Shown one piece after another: positions 37,004-45,807 of a stretch of 64,000 nt of DNA (position 1 is the stretch's first letter; every line of letters starts with the position of its first letter). Made by a program: the position numbers and the translations under genes. The notes under the pieces were generated by a model, which made no database searches, was not told the DNA's origin, and saw only the letters and a list, made by a program, of their open reading frames with translations. The stretch spans positions 96,001 to 160,000 of the forward strand of contig CAYPFW010000001.1 of NCBI GenBank assembly GCA_964410585.1. Direction: 5' to 3'. This DNA is from an uncultured archaeon. Its GTDB lineage: Archaea; Aenigmatarchaeota; Aenigmatarchaeia; QMZP01; JACQNV01.

Positions 37004-37767
37004 AGATACTTTTTAAAGAAATCAATTGTTTTGGTGTTCGCTTCTTTTGCATCTTTTTTCTTGTCATGGAAGCCGTGTTCTGCGCCTTCTACTGTGAAAA
37101 GTTCTGATTTTCCCCCAAATGTTTTTACATATTTTTCAGAATCAGAATAAGGAACATATGTGTCCTTGTCTCCGTGGACAATAAGAACGGAGCATTTTAT
37201 TTTCGGGAAAAGGACCTCTAAGTTTGTTGATTTCAATTCTCTATACATTTCCTTTCCCATCTTTTTTTTATTTACTTCTAAAAATCCCTTTTCTTCTATT
37301 TCTTTCCATTTTCCTCCAAATTTTCTTTTTCCCCATTTTGTCTTTGGTTCTAAAAATACATTTTTGTAATCTAGTATAGGATTCCATAAACACAGGGCTT
37401 GTGGATTTTTTTTAGCTGAGTACAAAACTCCGATAGATCCGCCAAATGAAGCAGCAACAATGCCTATTTTTTTGAATTTTTTGAATCGAAGAAAATCAAC
37501 AACTTCTGAAAGATCTTCAACTTCTCCAGAAACAGTGAAATCTTTCCAACTTCCTCCAGACTCTCCATGATATCTAAAATCAAATCTAAATGTTGCAAAA
37601 CCATCCTCTGTTAGCTCTTTTGCAAGTTTTGTGAAAATCCCACCTTCCTCTTTATCTACAGAAAATCCGTGTGCCAAAACAATGGCTGTGTCTGTTGGTT
37701 TATCTGGCTGAGTTAAAATACCAACAAGTGGAATTTTTGTCCCGATTTTAATTTTTGTTTGCTTCAT
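37000..37767 (-). CDS. Alpha/beta hydrolase
   Basis: LAHGF, FDFRYHGES, AASFGG nucleophile elbow, HGDKD, GAEH. Confidence 0.88.
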   Translation of the reverse strand: MKQTKIKIGTKIPLVGILTQPDKPTDTAIVLAHGFSVDKEEGGIFTKLAKELTEDGFATFRFDFRYHGESGGSWKDFTVSGEVEDLSEVVDFLRFKKFKKIGIVAASFGGSIGVLYSAKKNPQALCLWNPILDYKNVFLEPKTKWGKRKFGGKWKEIEEKGFLEVNKKKMGKEMYRELKSTNLEVLFPKIKCSVLIVHGDKDTYVPYSDSEKYVKTFGGKSELFTVEGAEHGFHDKKKDAKEANTKTIDFFKKYL

Positions 37768-38539
37768 TCAAATAACCCCTTGGAAGTCTGTACCTAAATC
37801 TTGCTTCACCATCAAGCGCTTCAAAAGTAAGTGCTCCGCCTTGAGATTCAGCCATTCTTCTTGCTACAAAAAGTCCTATGCCGCTTCCATCAACCTTGTT
37901 TCCAGGAACTCTAAAATTCAAATCAAAAAGATGTTCTCTATGTTCAGGTGGTATTGTTTCACAATCATTTGAAACAACCAAATCAACATATTCTTTTCTA
38001 GTTCTGATTTTCAAATCAACATGAGTCTTCCCATATTTGCATGCATTTGAAAAAAGATTTGTAACAACAATTCTACTCAAATACGGGTCACCACTAACAT
38101 ATCTAGGTCTCTGTTTCCTTATATGAGGTTTTCCATTATATGTTAAAGGAAGTCTTATGCGTCCCTGTTTAGTGGTTTTGAAGGAGACTTGACCTTCATC
38201 TGATCCCATGTCATCCAGAACTTCATAAATAACTGAATTTAAATCAAAAGGTTTTATCTGGGGTCTTGTTCTACCTTCGATAGCAGAAGCATATTCTGTG
38301 AGAAGTGACAATTTATTACTGATAGAGTTTGCTGCCCTTTGTATGTGCTGTGTATCATCTTTTATTGCTCTTAATCCGTCTTTTGTAGGATTATCTAAAA
38401 CTTCTTCCTGTAATATAAGTTGGCAAAATCCATGAATTGCAGTGACAGGGCTATTCAATTCATGTAAAAAATCCCACAAAAGATCAAATCCATTAACTTT
38501 GGCAACGTTGGAATTTGAATCCCTCTTCTCTTCTGTCAT
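37748..38539 (-). CDS. Sensor-less histidine kinase (HisKA + HATPase_c)
   Basis: H-box HELNSP, N-box NLFSNACKY, G2 GSGIGL; G1 box degenerate. Confidence 0.8.
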   Translation of the reverse strand: MTEEKRDSNSNVAKVNGFDLLWDFLHELNSPVTAIHGFCQLILQEEVLDNPTKDGLRAIKDDTQHIQRAANSISNKLSLLTEYASAIEGRTRPQIKPFDLNSVIYEVLDDMGSDEGQVSFKTTKQGRIRLPLTYNGKPHIRKQRPRYVSGDPYLSRIVVTNLFSNACKYGKTHVDLKIRTRKEYVDLVVSNDCETIPPEHREHLFDLNFRVPGNKVDGSGIGLFVARRMAESQGGALTFEALDGEARFRYRLPRGYLNEANKN

Positions 38540-38993
38540 ATTCAATCTTCGTCCCTTCTATTTCTTTTGCATGTTTTTTTGCAACAAAAAATTTGAGTCC
38601 GTGTTTTTTTACAACAATATCATCCTTGGTCGAATTTTTTTCAATCTCCATACCATATGCATATTTGTTTGGGCTTGGTGAATGAACCAATACACGGAAG
38701 GCCCACCCTTTCTTATTTTTATTCGCAAGAAGTTTTTTAAACTCTTCTGCTGCCTCTTCAGATAAGTCTATAAGTTTTTCTGTGTCTATTTCAACTGGTT
38801 TTTTTGATTCCTCAAATCCCTTTTCCAAAATTTCCAAGATATCATCGACACTTTTCCCTGAATCTAGGATATTTTTTTCCAAACTCTCCAAAACTTTGAG
38901 TGTATTTATTCCATTCTTTTTCAAAACAGTTATTGATCCAGGAAAAGTAGACATTAATTCAAGTACATTCATTTGTTTTTTAATCATTGACAT
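38493..38993 (-). CDS. HesB/IscA-like domain protein lacking the conserved cysteines
   Basis: LSEEAAEEFKKLL..FRVLV..YGMEI..DDIVV..GLKFFV..IEGTKIEY pattern. Confidence 0.6.
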   Translation of the reverse strand: MSMIKKQMNVLELMSTFPGSITVLKKNGINTLKVLESLEKNILDSGKSVDDILEILEKGFEESKKPVEIDTEKLIDLSEEAAEEFKKLLANKNKKGWAFRVLVHSPSPNKYAYGMEIEKNSTKDDIVVKKHGLKFFVAKKHAKEIEGTKIEYDRREEGFKFQRCQS

Positions 38994-39007
38994 ATATGGT
39001 CCAAAAC

Positions 39008-39057
39008 CGTTTCTTTTGGGTACGGTAGACTTTTCTTTTTGAAAGAAAAGGATAGCT
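39008..39057 (-). repeat. Repeat A (minus strand)
   Basis: Reverse complement AGCTATCCTTTTCTTTCAAAAAGAAAAGTCTACCGTACCCAAAAGAAACG. Confidence 0.92.
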
Positions 39058-39085
39058 ATTAATTGGTTTTTGTTATAAAAAGATT

Positions 39086-40204
39086 TCAAAAAGTTTCTGA
39101 ACTGTGTGAATCTCTTGCGATTTCTTCTGCTAATGTTATTTTATGCCTAAGTTGATGGGCTAAAAATCTTTTTCCTCTTTCAGGGGCTGTTGAGCCAAGT
39201 ATGAAGGAGACTGTATCTGAAACACGTTCATTGAATTTGTCTGGATCAGTCATAACTTGATTAATAGAATCTCTCACATGTTGTTTTACTTGTTCTCGAT
39301 CTAAAGTGGTTCTTCCCCTTTCAAGTTCTAATAAATTGTGCATGTAGGTTGTTTGCTCAAGTGTATATCTAATTATTTTATCACCTTTAATTCCCATTAG
39401 TTGAGTTTTTCCTCCAATTCCCCTTTCAGCCCAACCTTCTCTTACAACAGAAAGTGCAATTCTTGCACCTTCGCTTTCGGATATTGGCCTTCCGTGAAGT
39501 GATTCTACATCTAATGTTGAACCTATAATTGATCTAGAAACAACATGCACTGTATCACGCGAAGCAAATGGTCCAATGACATGGAAATAGCCAGCGTCTT
39601 GCGCAGACCCTGGAAAATCTACACCATATATTTCAAATGTGCTTGTTCTTGTGTTTAGGCCTGCAACTATGAAATTTCCTTCTGTTATTGGTCTGCCATC
39701 AAAAAATCCATTTTGGTATGCTGATTCCAGTATTCCCAAATGTTGGGGTAGTATTTGTTTTGGTGTTTCTGCAAGTCTCATTTCTAAAAGTCTAATCATT
39801 TCAAGAGAAGTTGGGTCTGTTTGTCCTTGAAGAGCAGCAAGTTGTCCCTGAGCATCTGCTTTTTCCTTATCTAGTGTTTGTTGATCCTTTCCTCTATGTT
39901 TCCAATCAACTTCTGCATATCCCAGAGTTCTGAGAGGACCTCTGTAAAAAATTATATCCCTTTCTATAGAATAAGCATCTTCAACAGATTTTACTGCTGA
40001 ATCCATGTCTTGCGGTTGTCCGCCTCTTAAAGACTTAAGCACAGGATCCCTGAGAGCCAAATCACCTGAAAATCCTAAAAGAAATCTTCCATGTGAAAAT
40101 ATTTTATCCTCATATTTTACAGCTCGACCTCTGTATGAATATGCCCTGTCTGCTGCAAACAATCCGCTATCTTCAGTTAGCCTTAATGCAATTAAGATTG
40201 ACAT
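39086..40204 (-). CDS. Proteasome-beta/Ntn-hydrolase-like protein with insertions
   Basis: N-terminal (M)SILIAL..LFAADR..EDKI..LLGFSGD pattern. Confidence 0.55.
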   Translation of the reverse strand: MSILIALRLTEDSGLFAADRAYSYRGRAVKYEDKIFSHGRFLLGFSGDLALRDPVLKSLRGGQPQDMDSAVKSVEDAYSIERDIIFYRGPLRTLGYAEVDWKHRGKDQQTLDKEKADAQGQLAALQGQTDPTSLEMIRLLEMRLAETPKQILPQHLGILESAYQNGFFDGRPITEGNFIVAGLNTRTSTFEIYGVDFPGSAQDAGYFHVIGPFASRDTVHVVSRSIIGSTLDVESLHGRPISESEGARIALSVVREGWAERGIGGKTQLMGIKGDKIIRYTLEQTTYMHNLLELERGRTTLDREQVKQHVRDSINQVMTDPDKFNERVSDTVSFILGSTAPERGKRFLAHQLRHKITLAEEIARDSHSSETF

Positions 40205-40312
40205 ATGATATTCTGCAAGATATTAGTACTTAGCAGTAAGTTATTTAAGCTAGTTGAAAACCTCAAAAAACAGCAAGCTTTATAAGCCTTTCGGCATCCC
40301 GTAAATCTTGTA

Positions 40313-40903
40313 TTATACTTTCTCCAAAACACGTATACAGAGGTCCTGTACTTTATTTTCTTCTTCTAATACCTCTTCTAATTTAGCCCTTGTTTCAGGG
40401 TGTTCTGGTCCCAAAATATCGCAGTGCTCCTTTCCTTTTGAAATTTCATATGTCCCTATTTCCTTAGCAAAATCCATTATTTCCTGCTTATCGAAACTTA
40501 AAAGAGGTCTTAGTATGTTTGTTTTTGTTGCCTGGGAAACGACGACCAAATTTTGCAAAGTTTGTGAAGAAACTTGGGCCAAATTATCCCCTGTGATTAT
40601 GAAATCGCAATCCTCCCTTTCAGCGACTTTTTCAGCTATTTTCAAAAATAATCTTTTCATAAGAACAAAGTACAAATCTCGTTTGCATTTTTTTGAAATT
40701 TCCAAAAGCTCTTTGCTTATGTCAACTGAAAAAAATTTGAAGCCCAATTTATCTGCTATTTGTTTTGATTTTTGAGTTGGTGAATTGTCAGTAAGAAGCT
40801 CATATGAAAAATTCAAGGCTAGGATTTCCAGTCCTTTTTCCTTCATCAGATACCCAGCAACAGGTGAATCAAACCCTCCGCTGAGCAAAAGAAGTCCTTT
40901 CAT
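40313..40903 (-). CDS. ThiI-like PP-loop ATP pyrophosphatase (no THUMP domain)
   Basis: LLSGGFDSPVA, TGDNLAQVSSQTL.NL, RPL..DKQEI. Confidence 0.85.
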   Translation of the reverse strand: MKGLLLLSGGFDSPVAGYLMKEKGLEILALNFSYELLTDNSPTQKSKQIADKLGFKFFSVDISKELLEISKKCKRDLYFVLMKRLFLKIAEKVAEREDCDFIITGDNLAQVSSQTLQNLVVVSQATKTNILRPLLSFDKQEIMDFAKEIGTYEISKGKEHCDILGPEHPETRAKLEEVLEEENKVQDLCIRVLEKV

Positions 40904-40904
40904 A

Positions 40905-41546
40905 TTATTCAGCATTTAATTTTTCAAGTAATGTTGGTAAATCTCTTATACTTTTCAGAATATAATCTGCCTGAGAGAAATCTTGGTCTTGTGTGTATCC
41001 ATGTGGAATAGCGACAGCTGTCATGCCTGCTGCTTTTGCAGCCTTTATACCAACAGTGTGGTCGTCGACAACTAAACACTCTTCTGGTTTTACGCCAAGC
41101 AAGTCAGCAACTGTTCTATATATTTCAGGATCTGGCTTTGGTTTTGAGACATCGCTTCCAGTAACAATTACATCGAATTTATCTCTTATCTTAAGCCTAT
41201 CCAAACAGTATGCAACATGCTCTTCTTTTGAATTGGATCCTAGACCTTTTTTTAATTGTATTGCATCTAATGTTTCTATTGCACCATCAATAGCTCTAAG
41301 CCTCTTTTCTAGGATATTTAGATATTCTTGTGTACCTTCTCTTCTAAAGCTCTCAAAGTCTAGTTTGCCTTTACTTCTAGCTAAAGCCGCTCTCACACCA
41401 CTACCTGTTTTTAACCACTCAGAAACATATTCTTCTTCTGTTATTTCAATTCCATGAGCTCTCAAAACTTTAGAGTAAGCATGATATTTTAATTTAGCAG
41501 TATCCACAATTATGTCGTCAAAATCAAAGATTATCGCTTTGAGCAT
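40905..41546 (-). CDS. HAD-superfamily phosphatase (beta-PGM-like)
   Basis: IIFDFDD, KPKPDPEIY, VVDD, GIKAAKAAGM. Confidence 0.88.
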   Translation of the reverse strand: MLKAIIFDFDDIIVDTAKLKYHAYSKVLRAHGIEITEEEYVSEWLKTGSGVRAALARSKGKLDFESFRREGTQEYLNILEKRLRAIDGAIETLDAIQLKKGLGSNSKEEHVAYCLDRLKIRDKFDVIVTGSDVSKPKPDPEIYRTVADLLGVKPEECLVVDDHTVGIKAAKAAGMTAVAIPHGYTQDQDFSQADYILKSIRDLPTLLEKLNAE

Positions 41547-41579
41547 ACTAAACATTTTATACTATCATTTAAGAATAAG

Positions 41580-42386
41580 TTATTTAGACAAATACTTTTT
41601 TAAATCCACAGAAAACCGTATTTTTCCACTGTTTACTAGATTTAGGATTTGGTAGAATTTTTGCTGGGATTTCCATTCATCTTTTTCTGTTTTTAGTACA
41701 TCTCTTATCATCTCTAAATCTCCTTTGTCTCTTAATATGTTCTTTTCTCCAAAAGTTTCCAAATCCCTCAAAACATTCTCAGGATATTTCACTGAACAGC
41801 AAATATCAAGAATGGGTCTCATCAAATTTTCTAAATCCTTGATTGATGTCATCACTCTATATTTGATTAAAATAGGAACACATGAAACAAAAATACTGTT
41901 GGCATTATGTCCTGCTGATTTGGTTATCTTTTTCACATTTTCCAAATCCTTAGAACTTGAAATAATACCTGAAGAAAAAAGAGATTTTAAGCCGTTTTGA
42001 AAAAGATCAAATGGGCTTTCAGATTGATTGAGTATACTAATTATTAGCTTCCAGTCAGAGATGCTTTTGATTGATGTAGACATGAATTCAAAATTAAAAA
42101 CTTGTTTTGGATCATATTCCCTATCTCCGAAATGTTTCTCTGTTATTGTCAATAAAAGATATCCGATGTTTGCTGTATTTTTCAAATCAGATGAGTTTTT
42201 TATCCAGCCTAAAGAAAAAAAATTAGGTATAATATAGTCTATAAGATCTTTTGAACGCTTATTTTTTATAATACTTTGAAGTGCTGTCCAATTTTTGTCT
42301 AAAAAATCTGTCAATTCAGGATATTTTTCTGGATCAAGTCCCAATTCAAGTAATTTTTGTTTTTTCTTGTCTTCAGCGGATACCAT
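41580..42386 (-). CDS. Hypothetical protein with weak internal helical repeats
   Basis: 268-aa ORF; recurring I.S.KDL motif. Confidence 0.6.
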   Translation of the reverse strand: MVSAEDKKKQKLLELGLDPEKYPELTDFLDKNWTALQSIIKNKRSKDLIDYIIPNFFSLGWIKNSSDLKNTANIGYLLLTITEKHFGDREYDPKQVFNFEFMSTSIKSISDWKLIISILNQSESPFDLFQNGLKSLFSSGIISSSKDLENVKKITKSAGHNANSIFVSCVPILIKYRVMTSIKDLENLMRPILDICCSVKYPENVLRDLETFGEKNILRDKGDLEMIRDVLKTEKDEWKSQQKFYQILNLVNSGKIRFSVDLKKYLSK

Positions 42387-42489
42387 ATAATATTGTCATT
42401 TTCCTATTAAAAAACAGAAATCCAATTGACTAGTGGTAAAAGCGAGGATTGTTTAAGATTTATAATACCTGTATGGATAGTAGTGGAAT

Positions 42490-42855
42490 ATGAGAATAAA
42501 AATTATCACTCCAAAATTTGAGACATTCGTAGAACTTGATCAAAAATCAGAATTAGCAAAAGAAATATACACAAAGCTCCCATTGGAAGGTGAAGCAAAT
42601 TTTTGGGGCGGGGAAATATATGTTGATGTTCCTTTTATGTTAGAAGGATATTTTGACAAGGACGAAGTTGAAGTTGGTGATTTTGCTTATTGGCCTAGAG
42701 GGCCTTCTGTATGCTTCTTTTTTGGTCCAACTGGCGGAAGTTTCACAGACAAACCAAGGCCACACTCACCTGTAGAAGTGATTGGAAAAATAAAAGATCC
42801 CTTGCTTTTCAAAAATCTGAAACCACTAGAAAAAATAGTTTTGGAAAGAGCCTAG
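42490..42855 (+). CDS. Cyclophilin-like fold protein (DUF369)
   Basis: LPLEG.A..WGGEIY, VEVGDFAYWP, CFFFGPT, SPVEVIG. Confidence 0.85.
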   Translation: MRIKIITPKFETFVELDQKSELAKEIYTKLPLEGEANFWGGEIYVDVPFMLEGYFDKDEVEVGDFAYWPRGPSVCFFFGPTGGSFTDKPRPHSPVEVIGKIKDPLLFKNLKPLEKIVLERA

Positions 42856-42876
42856 ATTAAGACAAAAACAATTTAA

Positions 42877-43104
42877 TTATTTAATGTACTTAAATCGAGG
42901 GATTTTTTTGCCATTAACTAAAACCTTTTCTTTAAACATTTTCAATGGCCTAATCCACATAGAGCCCTTTCCATATGTTCGGCATTCATATAGTGCCTCG
43001 TACACAACAAATTTTTGTAAAGTTTCGCTGTGAGATGCAACACATAAAACTTTGACAGTTCCACCTTTGTAATGTTGATATTTTCCTGTCTTTAGTTTCT
43101 TCAT
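42877..43104 (-). CDS. DUF1653 family protein
   Basis: GKYQHYKG, HSET, VVYEALY, WIRP..MF. Confidence 0.9.
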   Translation of the reverse strand: MKKLKTGKYQHYKGGTVKVLCVASHSETLQKFVVYEALYECRTYGKGSMWIRPLKMFKEKVLVNGKKIPRFKYIK

Positions 43105-43207
43105 AAGTATAGAATGCTACGAAAATTAATCTTTGAAAACGCTTGTAATGTGTATTACAATATTATAGCTTATACTGTATAAATGTTTCCAGAAATAAAC
43201 TTATAGA

Positions 43208-43819
43208 TTACCTGTGATTTGCTAATATTTTTTCAACCTTTTCCCAATTAACAATGTTCCACCAAGCTTGAATATAGTCAGCTCGCTTGTTTTGGTATTT
43301 CAAGTAGTATGCATGTTCCCACACATCCAATGTCAGAAGAGGTGTCTTACCTTCTGTTAGCGGTGAATCTTGGTTAGCTGTGCTTTCAATTTGAAGTTTT
43401 CCATCTTTTAGTGTGAGCCAAGCCCAACCTGAACCAAATCTACCCATCCCTGCTGCTGAAAACAACTCCTTGAATTTTTCAAAGGAGCCGAATGTTGAAT
43501 TTATTTTTTCTAGAAGATGTCCAGACGGTTGATCTCTAGCCTTTGGCCTCATTAATGTCCAAAATAGAGAGTGATTTTCATGTCCACCACCGTTGTTTCT
43601 TACAGCTGTTCTAATAGTCTCTGGTACAGAGTTCAAATGTGATAGTAATTCTTCAACAGTTTTTTTCTGTAAATCAGAATGGTCTTTCAGTGCAGTGTTT
43701 AAATTGTTAACATATGCTTGATGATGTTTATCATGGTGTATCTTCATTGTTTGTTCGTCGATAAATGGCTCTAAGGCATTATAGTCATATGGTAAGTCTG
43801 GTAATTTGTGTTCTGTCAT
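43208..43819 (-). CDS. sod: Fe/Mn superoxide dismutase
   Basis: [22 protein letters not shown]. Confidence 0.97.
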   Translation of the reverse strand: MTEHKLPDLPYDYNALEPFIDEQTMKIHHDKHHQAYVNNLNTALKDHSDLQKKTVEELLSHLNSVPETIRTAVRNNGGGHENHSLFWTLMRPKARDQPSGHLLEKINSTFGSFEKFKELFSAAGMGRFGSGWAWLTLKDGKLQIESTANQDSPLTEGKTPLLTLDVWEHAYYLKYQNKRADYIQAWWNIVNWEKVEKILANHR

Positions 43820-43847
43820 AAAATCCCTCCTACTACCTTATAGAATA

Positions 43848-44357
43848 TTACTTGGATTTAAATTGTTTTAATTGAACTGGAATTGGTTCAATAAGTTCTT
43901 TGGATCGAGTCAAATATTTTGCGGTCCACTTTCTGGACTTTCTTTTTAGATTTAAAGGAAGCTTGGAATATGGAACAATGACTCTTCTGCAGTTTTCTGA
44001 TTTGCAAAAACATTTCATATCCCAAGAAGGAAATTCTGTGAAAAGCGAGTAGTCGGCTGTGATTTCTTCTCCCGGTTTTATTGTCTTCCTTGCAAAAAGA
44101 GCTTTTCCATTTACAAAAGAATTTGGATTGCAGGAATGGTTCAAATAAAAACCAAGCGAGTATCTTTTTGGCTCCAAGAACATGTGTTTGGAATATTGAA
44201 TTCCTCTGTGGCTAAGCCTTCTGTCTGTGTCTTTTATTTTTGTTCCAACAAGATCAACTATTTTTTCCCCGGTTGTATAGGCCTTTGTTGAAAAGAATCC
44301 ACATCCATCGTTTTTGGACACTTTAACTATGAAATCACCAATTATTTTATTCATCAA
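43848..44357 (-). CDS. SET-domain protein with post-SET cysteines
   Basis: LNHSCNPN, EEITADY, CFCKSENCR. Confidence 0.9.
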   Translation of the reverse strand: MMNKIIGDFIVKVSKNDGCGFFSTKAYTTGEKIVDLVGTKIKDTDRRLSHRGIQYSKHMFLEPKRYSLGFYLNHSCNPNSFVNGKALFARKTIKPGEEITADYSLFTEFPSWDMKCFCKSENCRRVIVPYSKLPLNLKRKSRKWTAKYLTRSKELIEPIPVQLKQFKSK

Positions 44358-44394
44358 ATAATTAAACCTACCTATGCTTAAATATTAAAATGGA

Positions 44395-44450
44395 GCTAGC
44401 CTTTCTTTTAGAAAAAGAAAGTCTACCGTACTCAAAGAAAACAATTTACA
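44395..44450 (+). repeat. Repeat A
   Basis: GCTAGCCTTTCTTTTAGAAAAAGAAAGTCTACCGTACTCAAAGAAAACAATTTACA, then T-ATG. Confidence 0.92.
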
Positions 44451-44451
44451 T

Positions 44452-44748
44452 ATGATAAAGATTCAAATACCAGAATCTGGAAAATTCAAATTCGTTTTGG
44501 TTAGACAAAAAAACAACTATTTTATTTTCGGAGATTTTCTTCCATACCATTCAGATTTGTTCGATAAATTTTTGCAACTAAATCCAGGAGATTTTGAAGT
44601 CCAAGGCGGCGGAAAAGTGGAAATAGAAGAAGGAAAAATCAAAGTTTTTGGGAAAAGCGACAACTACGGACCATTTGACAGAAAAATTGTAAAACAACTT
44701 ATGGAGAAGTATTGCAGAGAAAGGGGACTGAAATTAGAAATTAAGTAG
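44452..44748 (+). CDS. Janus/Ocnus (PHPT1-like phosphohistidine phosphatase) family protein
   Basis: GKFKFVLV, YHSDLF, GGGKV, IKVFGKS..YG motifs. Confidence 0.7.
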   Translation: MIKIQIPESGKFKFVLVRQKNNYFIFGDFLPYHSDLFDKFLQLNPGDFEVQGGGKVEIEEGKIKVFGKSDNYGPFDRKIVKQLMEKYCRERGLKLEIK

Positions 44749-45678
44749 CTATTTTTCAGCTTCCAAAAACTTTTCAGCATCCATCGCAGCCATGCATCCT
44801 GTTCCTGCTGATGTTATAGCTTGTCTATATACATGATCTTGGACATCTCCAGCAGCAAACACACCTGGAACGCTTGTTTTCACACCTTTTGTGACTATGT
44901 ATCCTTTTTCATCTATCTCAAGTTTTCCTTTGAAAAGTTCTGTATTTGGTGTATGGCCAATTGCAACAAAAACGCCGTCTGTTTTTAGTTCAGAAATCTT
45001 TCCTGTTTTCAGATTTTTTATTTTCACTCCAGTGACCTTTTTTTGCTTAATGTCCAAAATATCTTCTACTGCTGTGTCCCAAACAAAATTGATTTTTTTG
45101 TTGGCAAAGGCTCTGTCTTGCATGATTTTAGATGCTCTCAATTTGTCTCTTCTGTGTATGACAGTAACCTTTGTTGCAAATCTCGTTAAGAAAGTAGCTT
45201 CTTCTAAGGCTGAATCGCCACCGCCTACAACGACAACTTCTTTTCCATTGAAAAATGCTCCGTCACATGTAGCACAAGTTGAGACGCCTGTTCCCATGAA
45301 GGCTTCTTCTGATTTCAAACCAAGCATTTTTGCTTTAGCTCCCGTTGAAATTATGATTGTTTTTGCCTTGTAAACTTCTTTCCCAACTTTGATAGCGAAA
45401 GGCCTTTTTTTGAAATCAATTTCTGTTACATCTTCTGTTATAAATTCTGCTCCGAATTTTTCAGCATGTTTCCTAAATTTTCCTATAATTTCAAAGCCAC
45501 TAATTGATTCAAAACCAGGAAAATTTTCAATGTTACTTGTCCACATCAATTGCCCGCCTGCTTCTTGGGACCTTCCTTCTATGACTAAAGGTTTTAGATT
45601 TGCCCTTGAAGAATAGAGTGCTGCAGTGAGTCCGGAGGGGCCACCACCTATAATAATAACATTTCTTATTTCTGCCAT
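44749..45678 (-). CDS. trxB: Thioredoxin reductase
   Basis: GGGPSG, CATCDG, GGGDSA, FAAGDV..YRQA. Confidence 0.96.
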   Translation of the reverse strand: MAEIRNVIIIGGGPSGLTAALYSSRANLKPLVIEGRSQEAGGQLMWTSNIENFPGFESISGFEIIGKFRKHAEKFGAEFITEDVTEIDFKKRPFAIKVGKEVYKAKTIIISTGAKAKMLGLKSEEAFMGTGVSTCATCDGAFFNGKEVVVVGGGDSALEEATFLTRFATKVTVIHRRDKLRASKIMQDRAFANKKINFVWDTAVEDILDIKQKKVTGVKIKNLKTGKISELKTDGVFVAIGHTPNTELFKGKLEIDEKGYIVTKGVKTSVPGVFAAGDVQDHVYRQAITSAGTGCMAAMDAEKFLEAEK

Positions 45679-45743
45679 ATTGAAACTATTTTGTCTGGTT
45701 CTCTTATATAGATATATTTTAACTAGAACCAATTATATAATAT

Positions 45744-45806
45744 ATTGTAAATCCCTTTCTTTGGGGTACGGTATACTTTTCTTTCGGAAAAGAAAAGGAT
45801 AGCTTA
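45744..45806 (-). repeat. Repeat A (minus strand) with its hairpin end abutting the ATG at 45808
   Basis: Reverse complement TAAGCTATCCTTTTCTTTTCCGAAAGAAAAGTATACCGTACCCCAAAGAAAGGGATTTACAA. Confidence 0.9.
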
Positions 45807-45807
45807 T

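Noticed and set aside
38994-39089. N-terminal extension of the HesB-like ORF from the TTG at 39089
   Set aside because: The extension is repeat A sequence; the ATG at 38993 is more plausible, though read-through cannot be excluded.
28949-42386. Prophage or large integrative element
   Set aside because: No integrase, terminase, capsid or replication genes; orphans are interleaved with housekeeping genes.
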